The notes under the pieces were generated by a model. The model was not told the origin of the DNA, ran no database searches, and worked only from the letters and a program-made list of their open reading frames with translations. A DNA stretch of 64,000 bases from Carcharhinus amblyrhynchos (lineage: Eukaryota): the NCBI GenBank assembly GCA_965287045.1, contig OZ336871.1:66588001-66652000 (forward strand), in the 5' to 3' direction. Of the stretch, positions 37,901-49,906 are shown piece after piece. Both the position numbers and the translations under genes were made by a program. Each line of letters opens with the position of its first letter. Position 1 is the stretch's first letter.

Positions 37901-38112
37901 AATTTTGAATATGTGATTAATGTCTCCCTCAAACCTTCTCTTGCCTGAGTAAGCAATCCTAGTGTCGCCAATCTTTTCTCATTGCTCAGAAGCATTGAAC
38001 CAGGATTCATTTTGGTTACCCTTATCTGAACTGCCTCTGGTGCCTGGATTCAGACTTGAACTATATCCAGGCTGACACTTGAGTGGAGTACTAAGAATAC
38101 TTAGTACTTTGG

Positions 38113-38255
38113 GGCAGTGTGATGGCATAGTGGTTAGCACTGCTGCCTCACAGTGCTAGGGACCCAGGTTCAATGAAGGCCTCAGGACACTGTCTGTGTG
38201 GCATATGCACAATCTCCCCGTGTCTGTGTGGGATAGAGATTCTATGATTCTATGG
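38113..38255 (+). mobile_element. HE1-type SINE, internally deleted
   Basis: TGGCATAGTGGTTAGCACTGCTGCCTCACAG head joined to a GATTCTAT tail. Confidence 0.8.
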
Positions 38256-38427
38256 CATGGTTCTATGAATCTACCACTAGAGCACAACAGTTTGAGGAAA
38301 CTCACTGGAGGTTGGTGTGCAACTGATTTGCATCCTGATAATGGGATGGAGATGAAGACTTTACCATAATTTTCCCCCCCTCGCTCAATTCTTCATGACG
38401 CCAGTGGGAAAAGACATTGATCCAGAA

Positions 38428-38698
38428 CATGGTGTCACAGTGGTTAGCACTGCTGTCTCACAGCACCAGGGACCCGGGTTTGATTCCCGGTTTAGGTCAC
38501 TATCTGAGTGGAGTTTGCACGTTCTTCCCGTGTCTGTGTGGATTTCCTCCGGATGCTCCGGTTTCCTCCCATGGTCTGAAAGACACTGTGCCTGGTTGGG
38601 TGCATTGACCCAAACAGGCTGTGGTGACTAGGGGAATTTCACAGAAACTTCATCGCCATGTTAATGTAAGCCCTATTTGTGACTAATTAATAAACTTT
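38428..38698 (+). mobile_element. V-SINE with alternative 3' tail
   Basis: HE1-like head and V core followed by GACTAGGGGAATTTCACAG..ACTTCAT...TGTTAATGTAAGCC...AATAAACTTT tail. Confidence 0.8.
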
Positions 38699-38699
38699 A

Positions 38700-39640
38700 T
38701 CTGGAAGAACATAGCATGCAGACATCAGGACTCACCTGGACAATGCCTGGGACTGTTTCCATTGTGTGGGTTAGAGGCCACCAGCAACCCGAGACGCTGG
38801 AATACCACAACATCGGATGGGGCAACATCTACAGGTGGATCTTCCAGGTTCAGTGTCATTGGGGGACAACATCTTCCATCTTCTTTTGCAGGAGGTCCAT
38901 CTCCTTTCTTCAATGGTGGGTCAGAGGTATTGAATGTCTTTTCAACATGCCACCCAGATATGATGGCAAGACTCACACAATGGTTTAAAAGGATGCACTA
39001 TCACCATGGGAGATCAAAGTCAGGTGGACAAGTAGTGAGGTCTGTGATGAACAAATGGTTTCTGGTGAATGTTTCCTGTTGACAATCCTCTTACTCCTCA
39101 GCTGGGACCCGTTGGCATGGTGGGTTTAACCAAATGGGATGGCGTGAGGGAAATCTTACTGCTGGTCTGTTGAGGAGGCCATTAACTAAAGGCAGACTTG
39201 GGTTGGAGTACACCTTCTCCTTAAGGTATTGGCCTGTGAACAACATGAGGAAGTAGCCAGTTTGAGATGGGGTTGCAGGAGGAATGGAGGGAGCAAATGA
39301 AGTCAGGCAGGGCAATGTCTGCTGACAGGAGTGAGTGACAGGAATGGATTTGTTCCTGCCCCCCCAACCCTCCAATTGCTGGTATAGGACATCCCCTTTC
39401 CTCTGGACCTCCTCCATCAGGACCTTCACCACATCAAAGAGCCTGTGCAGCATTTCCCTCAGTCCTGGAGATATCCTGCAACATGCAATGTGTGCCAGCC
39501 ACTGCATCCTTACCTTCAGTGGAAGTGGGTGTGTGGAACCCAGATAAACTATTCCAAGGAAATTGCTTCTAATCAGTGCTTGAGTGCTAAACCTGCAGGT
39601 GTCTGTTTTAACACCACAGGCAAGATCAAATTATGGTAAT
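38700..39640 (-). mobile_element. Harbinger-type remnant with Myb/SANT-like exon
   Basis: ORF 39091-39507(-) ...VVKVLMEEVQRKGDVLY matches the LxxLxEEVxRRxDVLY motif of Harbinger Myb-like proteins. Confidence 0.5.
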
Positions 39641-41094
39641 CAACAATTAGGGCCAAAATTGTGTGCTAAAACCACAATTTCAAGCAGGCATATCTTATTA
39701 GTACAGCACATATTTTTGTACCTGTTTTCAGCCTTTCACCAAAATAATGCCCTTTCCTTTCTAAAAGTGGACTAAATATTTTGAGAGAAATCATACTACC
39801 TTCAGACATATTAAACCTGGGGATACCAGACTGCTATCCGTATAAGTTGCAAAATCCAACTCTAGTCTCTTTATATTTTGAATTCAAATATCCCACCAAG
39901 AAGATGGGAAAAGAAGCAGTTGACTGAAAACTGTAATCCTTCAGCAGAACCATCCAGTAAGGATGCTAAATGCCTCTCTCGATATTATTGAGCAGGATAA
40001 AATCGCAAGGGTAATTTTCAATTTACTGCTACAACTTTCTGAGGGGTGACTTGGGAATAGGATTGGCTGCCTACGCCATGAACCAAGCATGTTTGTTAAG
40101 GACCCGAGTAGGAGCATTCTGTGGCATTGCCCACACATTTTCACTGGTAGTGACCACCACCACCTCCTCCCTCTTTCCCATCCACATGGATGAGCCACGG
40201 GGAACTAAAGGCTGCATGTCCCTTTGACGAGGCTGCTGGCATGAAAGGCTGCAACTGCAGCCAATCCCAATCCAAAGGAGGTGTTTACTCTCCATTCATT
40301 TGGACCTGCTGGCCTAGATTTGATAAATTCCTACATTTCTGTGCTGCCCAGAAGGAGAGCTCCATGTTAAGGTGCCTTCACGATCCCTGACCTGCCGTAG
40401 CAGCCCCAACAGTGCTCCAGATCTGCTGGCTGTCTACTGGGGCCAGCAACATTGAAACATTTGCCCGCCATACTTGTTGGGACAACAAGCACAAAGGCAA
40501 TCAGGAGGCTGCTTCCCAGAAGAAGGCTGACACGGTTTAACTGCGAGGTGGTGCAGTCTCAGAATTCTTCTTTGGTCCTGATGTTCAGGTCCTAAAGCCT
40601 GGTGCAAAATCTATCCCATTGTTTCTAGTTTGTAGTCTATGACTGACTATATATTCATTGCATCAAAAACGTTTACCCTTTCTCTTGGTGGCAGTGATCC
40701 CCTGTAATTATTGACGTATTGGTCAGCAAATATATTTGAATTCTCAATTCCCGTTTCAAAAATATTTCATGATTTTGAATATGTCAGCTGATCTCCTCTT
40801 AACCTTTCCTATTCTAATGGAACGTTCCACAGTTTTGATCAGAACCAAAATAATGAAACTTGATTGCTTGTTGTTCACTAATTTGCAGCAAGGTATTGAA
40901 TACAGAATGTGTTTATGTGTATATGTGCATGTGAAAAATCAGCATGGAGATTTGTATGCCTTAATAAACACACTTCCTTTGTCTAATAGGGAGAACAATT
41001 GATATCAGCAGTAAAGAAAATATACTGAAGAAAATATATAGAGATTGAGTATGTTATGAAACTTGGGTAGATAAATAAATAAAATGTTTAAATA

Positions 41095-41190
41095 TCGTAG
41101 TGATTGATGAATGGTAATTGGCTCATTAACTAAATGCAGCACGGATGATCAATCTAAATTGACAAGCAGATTGAAAATATAGCTTAAAAC
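41095..41190. promoter_or_regulatory. Candidate Pbx-Hox element
   Basis: Overlapping TGATTGATGA (41101-41110) and TGATGAATGG (41105-41114), TAAT cores, TGACAA at 41160. Confidence 0.35.
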
Positions 41191-41329
41191 AATATTGGGT
41201 AGTTTATTAACAGTTAGACAACATTTGATTTGAGCCATTGCAAGGATTAAAAGAAATGTCAAGACACGTTAGAAGGAACATAGGGAAAGGGAAAAGTGCT
41301 TCAATCATTTATATTTACAATAACTAAAT

Positions 41330-41500
41330 ACAGCAGATGCTGAAATCTGAAACAAGAACAGAGGAAGCTTGAAAACTCAGCAGACAACTATCTATCTATC
41401 TGTCAGTTCCGATGAAGGGTCCATGACTTGAAATGCAAACTGTATTTCCCTTCCTGATAGATACTGGGAGACTTGCTGAGTTTTTCTAGCTTCAGCTGTG
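41330..41500. mobile_element. Penelope-like terminal repeats, inverted pair with degenerate hammerhead core
   Basis: GAAAACTCAGCA ... TGCTGAGTTTTTC arms; CCGATGAAGGGTC.ATGACTTGAAA core. Confidence 0.65.
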
Positions 41501-41999
41501 TAATGACTGAGGAACATAGTTCATTACAGAATGCAAAGTAGAACTATTACCGTGGACCTCGTCCCTGCCTGGGACGGCTGTTCAGCAAGCCCAGTCCTGG
41601 GCCTATCTTATAAAAGGCTCAAGTAAAGATTTCAGCTGGGCAAGCCGTTGCCTGTTACCGGAGGAACTCAATGAGCTCGCAGGGAGATCAATCAGTGATT
41701 CCCCATGGATCTCATAAGTGTTAACACATTCTGTTCTTGTTTATATTTACAAGTTCAGTTTGCTTCAGAATAGTTCCACCCTTAGGTGATCAGCACTCTG
41801 TTAAAATAGCAAATGGAGGAATTACATGAAACTATGTTTAGCACTCACATATTAACATCACAAACATTAATCACCGGTCTATAATATGCAGCAATTAATT
41901 GTAAAGAAAAGAAGTGTTTAGTAAAATGAAGTAAAATAAATTAAAATTCATTCAGAGCAAAATGATGAAAATTGCTTTCTGCTGTATATTTCTAGTAAT

Positions 42000-44882
42000 T
42001 CACAGGTGTAGTGAACAGTGTTACTGATACATGACTAGCAGAAGCCTGGACTAAAGGTCTGGAAATGTGAGTTGAAATTGCACCATGGCAGTTTGTGAAT
42101 TTGAATTCACTGAATGCCTCCTAATTATTATTCAGTAATGAAATTAATCTGGAATAATAATCCAGTATCAGTAATCATGAAGCTACTGGATTGCCATAAA
42201 AGTCTGATTGGTTCACTAATATCTTTTAGGGATGAAAATCAGCTGTTCTTGGCTGGTAATTCCAGATCCACAACAATGTCACTAACTATAACCTCTCTCT
42301 GAAGTTATGGTAATGGTTTCAAAACTGGTATTAAAAAGTGCAAAAGAATAGAAACGAACAGACCACCAACATTGACCAAGACGTATGACTTGGACACAAT
42401 AAAAGCATACCTGGCCCAGGCAACTTTGCACTCCTCCTGGACGTGCATCAAAAAAGAGAGAACTAACTTACAGACTAGTCAGATTTGAGAGTCACATTCA
42501 CAGGACCATACCTATTAGCCAATATAGCAAACACCTCTAGCACCATGCTTGTGCATGTCATAGAATCATAGACTAATCATAGGATCCCTACAGTGCAAAA
42601 GAATGCCCATCGAGTCTGCATTGACCACAGTCTTACTCAGGCCTTAGCCCCATAACTCCACTTTTTAACTCGGCTAGTCCCCCTGACACTAAGGGGCAAT
42701 TTACTTTGGCCAATCAACTTAACTGCACATCTTTGGACTGTGGGGGGAAACTGGAGCACCTGGAGAAAACCCATGCAGACATGGGGAGAATGTGAAAACT
42801 CCACACAGTCATCTGAGGTCAGAATTGAATCAGGTCCCTGGCGCTGTGAAGCAACAGTGCCAACCATTATTACACCATGCTGCACTAATGTTCTATTCAA
42901 AGGGAGTGGCCATGTGGGTTTTCAACATTGATTCCCAAATGACATCAAATATGTGTAAGGAATCTGCCTATGGAGGTATCACCGACCACCATCTCTCAGA
43001 AGATGAACTCTGCTTGAAGAAAGAGAGTACGGTCTGAATGGATCTAATTTCCAATCCTAAGAGTGGTCTATAGCACAGTAGCACTACTGAATGAGCCAAC
43101 CGGGCCTTGATGGATTCAGCCTTATTGAATTCATGTGGGAGAACAAATTAAAACATATGTGATCTTATCCTACCCAATCTACCAGTCACAGAACTATACA
43201 ATCCAATGACCAACAGAGCAGATCAAAGCTCTTCAGTTCTGCCCATCCAGTCTTGAATGGTGATGAAAATTAAGCAGTTTATAAGAAGAAGAAGTTGCTT
43301 GAATAGTCAATCCTCAATGTATGGGGAGCAAAACACATCAGTACAAAATGCCTGGCTGAAGTATTTGCAATGATCTTTAGCCAGAAGTGCCAAGTGAGTA
43401 ATTCATCTTGGTCTTCTCCTGTGGTTACACCATGACAGATACAATTCAATGCACATGATACTAAGAGGCCATTGAGTACACTGAATGCAGCAAAGGCTAT
43501 GACCCTCAAAACATACAGACTGTAGAGATTTGTTCTCCAGAATGAGCAGTGCATCTAACCAAATTGTTTCAGTACAGCTACAGTATTAGCAAGTGTGTGC
43601 CAAAATGGAAAGTTATCCAGGTATGCCTTGTTCATAAAATGCTGGACAAATCCAACTTGGCCAATTACCATCCCATCAATCTGCTCCCAAGCATTAGCAA
43701 GATAATGGAAAACGTAGTTGCCTGTGTTATCAAGTGGCACTTAGTCATTGATAACCTGCACAATGAAACACAGTTTGTGTTCTGTTGGGCACTTAAGAAC
43801 CGTGGCTCAAACCTGGAGGAAAGAGCTGAATTCCAGAGATGAGATTTGGCATCAATACAGCATTTGTCAGCAAGGAACCTGAGAAAAATTGAAATCAATG
43901 TACTTCAGAGGTAAAACAATTCAGCTGTCATTATACCTAGCACCATGTTTGTGCTGCAGGAGTTTCTCAAGGTAATGTTGTAGGCCCAACCATCTTCAAC
44001 TGCTTCATCAATGACATTCTCTTCATCATGAAATATGAAATGAGGGTATTTGTTGATGAATGCACAGTATCCCTCAGATAATGAAGAATGCACACCTGCA
44101 TGTAGCAAGACCTGAACAGCATTAGTCCTAGCCCAATAAATGGCAAGTAAATATATGCCATGCAAGTGTCAGAGAATGATCACCGCCATCAGGAAAGAGT
44201 TTAACTGCCTCTTATTGTCATTGAATGGCATTGCATCAATGATATCAACATCTATGAGGGAGATTCCAATTGACCAGAAATGTATCTGGTTCAGCTATGT
44301 AAGTATGGTGGCTACAGTAGCTAATGCAAAGTTAGGGATTCTGAGGCTAATTGTTCATACCTTCTGATTCATCAAGGTCTTTCCACTATCTATGAGGCAC
44401 AAATCCAGAATGCAATGGGATAGTCTCAATTTGCCTGGGTGAATAAGCTCCAATTACACTCAGGAAAGTTGCTGTAAATCAAAGCAACTTGGTTGATCAA
44501 CACTCCATCCATCACCTTCAACATTGATTCCCTCCACTGCAGCCACAACATGTTTGCAGTATGTACTATCTACAGGATGCACTGAAGCAATGGGGCTTCT
44601 TTGACAGAACTTCCCAAACCTGTGACCTTATCTATCTAGAAGGGCAAGGGCAACAAGAACACCACCAACTCAACATTCTCCTCCAAGCCACATACCATCC
44701 TGACTTGTAAGCATATTGTCATTCCTTCATAATCACTATGTCAAAACCCTGGAATTCACTATTTATCAATACTATTGGTATAACTACACCATATGGACTG
44801 TCACCACCTTTTTGAAGACAGTTAGGGATGGGTAAAACTAATGGCCTTGCCAAGCCAACCACAGCTTTTGAATGAATAACAT
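42000..44882 (+). mobile_element. Near-full-span, heavily decayed CR1-group LINE with tRNA-SINE-like 5' end
   Basis: 42000-42300 aligns with the SINE at 34733-34948 and 49907-50085; RT motifs KWKV.QVC.VHK..DKSN.ANY.PINLL..ISKIME and GPTIFNCFIND; 3' tail as at 12300-12402. Confidence 0.8.
42558..42882 (-). mobile_element. HE1-type V-SINE nested in LINE
   Basis: Reverse HE1 head and core with (ATAGAATC)-type tail. Confidence 0.9.
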
Positions 44883-45274
44883 ATTTAGTTAAAATCCTAT
44901 ATGTACTTGTGATGAATAAAACAAAATTGAACACTTCTGTTTTTGACTTCACATTTTATTTTCTTCTTTTTCACAGGTATAATTTAAGTATCAAGAATAG
45001 AAATTTAATAATGAAATATTTTCTTTAAAATATGTTGTACATGGAGTTTGTTTTAACATTAGGTTTTAATGTGTTTGTGTTGCCATATTTCACAATTTAT
45101 AAATTTGTCACCTTCCTTACTCACAAATATTGCAACTTCATGAAATAAACACATCCACTTCAGTAATGATTTGGCTTTCCAGTTCATGTACCATAAAAGC
45201 ACCTTTGCAAAGCCTGATGCATCTGTCTTTACTAACAAAGAACAGCATATTGGCTGAAGAAACACTGGGAAGAA

Positions 45275-45495
45275 GAAAATCAGATTAAATAATTAGTGTC
45301 AATTAGCCCTAGCAAAATCATTCTGCAAACAATTGGTCTCAAGTGCCCTGCTTAATTATGTGCAACTTTCACTGCTCCTTATCAAGTCAAGTGTCTGCCT
45401 TGATTCATGTTTGACTCTTGAGTTTCCCAGAGGTGTAATTAATTATTGTCTGGTAAACAAATCCTTGGTAATTAATGACACCAACAAATAATACA
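45275..45495. promoter_or_regulatory. Candidate homeodomain-rich CNE
   Basis: Many TAATTA/TAAT motifs with TGTCA/TGACA and GTAAACAAA (Fox-like). Confidence 0.4.
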
Positions 45496-45759
45496 CTTTC
45501 TTATTGCTAAAAGCAATATTTCATGTATGCTACTGTAGCTTTAACATGTATCAAATGTTCAAACTTTGAGATATTTTAATTTAATCTATATGCTGCAAGT
45601 CAAATCAGGGCAATAAACTTCACTGTCATTCCATAGGTAAGGTGATGACGTTGATGAAAAACTAAATATATTCTATTATTGTGAATTGAATATTAATTTA
45701 ATGTATATTACATTTAATAAATTTATTGCCTTAATTTTCAATTTAAAATTCTTCTACAA

Positions 45760-47191
45760 TAAAAGTCAAAAGGCAATGGTTTTATTGGAATACATATTGG
45801 ATTTGTCTCCTTTTTAGATAAATAAAAATACTTAGCGATGAAATGGATATGTTATCCAACATTTTAGAAATCAAAGGGTTTTTGGTTATTGGATTATTTC
45901 CACATCCAATCTTGCAATAAATTTCAGGGACATGAGTCAAAGTGATCACTTACAGTAAACTTCAAAGGACCAAACAACATTGGCAATTATGCAGCTAAAT
46001 TCATATTTCCATGTTCTAAACAAAACGTACATGTCATGACAATGTACAGAATTTTTGCTCTATCGCCCCTTGATGACTGGGTTGGGTGTGTTTGGTATAT
46101 ATGTCAAAACATTTCTTCAAGGTGAAGAAAAAGCAAAGTAGTGTTTTGGAAAAAAAATGAATAATGCTTACTTGCCAATAATTCTTATTGTGCTTTTTCA
46201 TATTTATACCAGAATTATTAAAACTAATCACGAAATTAATTCCATTTTAACATACATGTGCAATTCACAAACTGCTAATTAATACATTTGCACATTGCTC
46301 CAATGTAAATCCCCTTAATGTTCAGTTAGACCATTTTGGTGAACTGTAATCCAGATCATTGGTCATAAAATTGAATTTTTGCAGACAGTAAAAAAGATTA
46401 GATGATAATGTAAATACTAGTAGAGTTCAACTAAGTAACAGATCTTTTAGAACCAATTATTTATTTCTAAAAAGCACAAATGTTTTAAAACATTCACAAC
46501 CTTTGCTTCCATTGTATTTCCAAAGAGGATTACCAAAGTAAACTATTGCAAAAAAAATACAATATGCATTTCATATAAAGGTAAAAGTTGTTTCCATCCA
46601 AAGTCGGCATTTCTGGTTAAGAGTCAATTAAAATAAAGTTGAAAAAGTACAGTTATCCACAGTTTCTTTATTTTTCCATCCAACAGTCCATCAATAATAT
46701 GTAATGCAAAATAGTTACAACACATAATAATACAATGCAAATCTATTTACACAAATTATTTAATACAAACCTTTATGTCAAATTGCTGATGCAACCAGGG
46801 TGCATAACACAAAGTACAGAGAAACCAGACAGCAGGCACAATGACATGTTAAATTGCCCACATGATGTATAGCTTAATGAACCCCCTTGTGTTGATCAGG
46901 CTTGGCATTAATCAACAGCCATGAACAGATTCCCTTATTTTCTCAATGCTTCTCTGATAAACTGCAATTTCATTTAACCTTGGACAGGAACTTTAATAGC
47001 TTCCATGGGACAACTGTCAGTACCTTCCTGGGTATACAGTGATTAAATTGCAAGGCAGGAGGGTTGCGATGAATTTTCTTCACTAAAGTGAAGATTCTTT
47101 GGCCTCATTAAGAATCTGTATGCAACAAAGGAAAACTGTTGAAAATATGACGCTGACGTTGGGGGAACTTCCTGTTGTTTTCATAAATTAT
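45760..47191 (-). other. Probable terminal exon / 3'UTR of an unidentified minus-strand gene
   Basis: Acceptor TTCTTTTTGTCCTGCACTTTGCAG ending 47192; stops immediately after; repeat-free AU-rich body; Pumilio-like TGTAAATA (46744-46751); AATAAA at 46460-46465, 45781-45786 and 45722-45727 on the minus strand. Confidence 0.5.
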
Positions 47192-48046
47192 CTGCAAAGT
47201 GCAGGACAAAAAGAAGCAATAATTGTGCTGAGATAAACAAGAACTTGATTTGCATTACATGCCCTAATTTGTTTGATTTGCTTCTATACTTTTGTCCAAA
47301 GTACAATATATGAAACAAATAAGAAGTACAGCACATGAGGTTCTAAATATGGAAACACTAAAATGGTGGCATCAAAATACTTCAGATTCATAATAAAACC
47401 AAAGATGTATGATAAGGTTTTATTTATTGGCAAGGTGAAGCACTTCTCCTGCAAAACAATTACTATGCAACTCACTGTGCATATATTTACTGGTGCATGT
47501 TCTGCACTTTGACAATGAGAAATAAGAGATATATATGTATACTCGACTGAGTTGAAGTGTGCACAGTCTTAAAATTGTATGCATTGCAATTATTCACTGT
47601 GTTTTAGAGATATCCATTATAACAGAAATGTTCACTATGTTCACAATATTGATCAGTTTGATTAAAACTATGTGATACATCTTTAATAAACAGCATATTC
47701 TGCACCCTCACCCCTCAAATAGCTCAACTTCATTGTGTTTCCTCTGATTCAGATAATTCAATGGTTGAAAATATTAAATATTTTCATTAATCAGTAACAA
47801 TTCAATCTCACCAAATATCCCACCCAGCTTTCTTTTCACATAAATGTTCAACAAATCAAAGATAACAGCTAAAATTCTGCAACCATTTAACACCCATTAA
47901 TCACCAGGGTAACTGTTGCTATCTGCTAAAAACAATAGCAGAGGGCAGGAAAGGAGAATAGAAAGCAGGCAAATGGCCAAACAATTCTCAGGTCAAAGAA
48001 CACTTATCGGTGGGGAGGGGGTGAGGGTTAACAGTCATTTCCTTAC

Positions 48047-48080
48047 CAAGTGTGTTCAATAAAGTCATTTGGTTTTCTGT
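48047..48080 (-). CDS. Candidate 34-nt internal exon (TENQMTLLNTL or xRKPNDFIEHT); gene not identified and coding status unproven
   Basis: Very strong acceptor TTTTTCTTTCTTTTCTTTTGCAG with CTAAT branch-like site upstream; donor TTG|GTAAGG; unique flanking sequence. Confidence 0.55.
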
Positions 48081-48450
48081 CTGCAAAAGAAAAGAAAGAA
48101 AAATACTAAACCAGAAATTATATTAGAAAGGTCACAGCATGATGAACATTATGTTACGTCAACTGATGCCTTTGCGCGTAATCACTTCTTAATATTTGAA
48201 TATACTAGTTGTTTGGTTGTATGGCTTCAAGTTGTCCAGTTAGAAATGTTAAGGAATAATTTTATGTAGGGGCCTCTTTGATTCAAGACTGATGATAACT
48301 TGGATGGAGTAAATGGAAGACTCCATCTGGTTAATTTTACAGTCGAAAGTTATACTTAATATTTGCTATATTCTTTTACGACAGTTTGAGAAATGATTAG
48401 ATTTGTCTGTCTGCAGTTCAGATTGTGGGAGAACCCAACTTCTCACTTTT

Positions 48451-48557
48451 ACAGTTGCCAATTCGTTTGCACCTACATAGGCCAATGATTCCACTGTTAA
48501 GGTATACTTAACAGTGGAATCATAGACCCATGTAAGTGCAAATGAATTGGCAACTGT
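48451..48557. repeat. 107-nt near-perfect palindrome (51-bp arms, 5 mismatches, 5-nt loop); possible Tc1/mariner-type MITE
   Basis: ACAGTTGCCAATTC...CACTGTTAAG-GTATA-CTTAACAGTG...GAATTGGCAACTGT; left end reads TA|CAGTTG. Confidence 0.9.
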
Positions 48558-48631
48558 GCCTTCAGCTACCTAGGGTATAACTTTTGGGAATCTGAGCCTG
48601 AACCCCTACATCTCTCGCTGTTAATATTAGT

Positions 48632-49451
48632 CAAATTCTTCAAAGTTTCTCTGAGACATCCTTAAAGCATTTCTTCTGTCCTCTTGGCAAGATTGGAGTA
48701 GCGCATTTATTTGGGAACCTACTGTCAGGAATATGAACAATATGACCTGCCCTGCGGAGGAAATTTTGAAATTTAATGCCTCAACACTTGGCATGTTGGC
48801 TGGGGAGAAGGTGCTGTTGTGAGGCTGCCTTTCCTGCAACCAGACTTAGGGAATTTTGGAGGTTTAACCCCTCTGGTGATACTTTTACAGTGTTTTGAGT
48901 TGCCTGCTGTAAGTTGTCCAGGTCTCCAAAGCATATAGGAGGGCAACAACCTTGATCTTCACCTCAGGTTTGACATCCTGGTCCTTCAGTACTCTTTTCC
49001 TCAGATGGCTGAACGTTGAGCTGGTATATTTGAGGCAATGCTGAATTTAATCATTTCAGGTATGTCTTTGCCAAGGGGAGAGTCCCATGATTTGGGAAAT
49101 GGGCTACATTTTACAGGATCTAAACATTGATCTTTATTGACAGGTGGAGGAGCAACCTTGAAGTGGTCAAACGTCTCCACTGACTTATGGGAGCTCCTAA
49201 TCTGTGACTGATCAAAATGGAGAAGTTTCATTTGGGAAGGCACCAAACGCATCGAGCGACTTCATCAGGAACAAGCAGAGGCAAAGTTGAGGCATCCAAA
49301 ATAACTCATCCACCTGATATTTCAAGCATCACCTACCTCAGGTGTGGCAGAGTCTGCAGATCACACATTGCACTTATCAACCACATCAGAACCCATAGAA
49401 GCAGAATGGAAACAAGTCATCTTCACTTCCGAGGATCTGCCTAAGAAGAAG
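48632..49451. mobile_element. RTE-clade LINE insertion with inverted 5' segment
   Basis: 48632-49155 is on the minus strand (LLYALETWTTYSRQLK, AGHIVHIPDSRFP, GQKKCFKD); 49156-49451 is on the plus strand (LKWSNVSTDLWE..SKWR, CGRVCRSHIALINHIRTH, (AAG)n tail); TSD AATATTAGT at 48623-48631 and 49452-49460. Confidence 0.85.
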
Positions 49452-49599
49452 AATATTAGTAAAGAACAAATAGGGTAGTTACTACCTTAAAGGTGTAATC
49501 AATATTTTAATTTCACAGAGTGAGCTCCATGCATGCATGTAAGTACAGGTGCAGTGAGGTTTTTTGCTCGAATACAGTGTTGTATGAAGGTAGCAGTAC

Positions 49600-49850
49600 A
49601 ATTCGTTATTATCGGCTTGCATCACTCATGGAGGAACCTGGGCATGTTTACTTGGGAAAGAATGTTGCTGTTGAATCACCTTTCTAGTCATTGGATTTGC
49701 AGGGTCTTGAGAAGGCACTACTTCTGGTATTTCTCCAGTGATTCAAGGTGCCTGCTGTAGGTGTCCAAGTTTCTGAAGCACATATGTGCATGCAGATCAT
49801 TGCTGCCTGGTCTTTGATCGTTGATCTTTGTCTTGGGTTTAAGAACACTG
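49600..49850 (-). mobile_element. RTE fragment
   Basis: Minus strand ASETWTPTAGTL...EKYQK..LKTLQIQ motif, homologous to 48830-48960. Confidence 0.65.
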
Positions 49851-49906
49851 AAAGGACAGTTTTATTAGAATCGGCAACATACTTGAGAGGGGGAACAAGG
49901 AGACTT

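Noticed and set aside
48047-48080. Assigning the exon to a named developmental gene (DACH, ZNF521/423, PBX, MEIS, CDIN1, LRMDA considered from memory)
   Set aside because: Neither reading frame matches the C termini I recall, so the gene symbol is left blank
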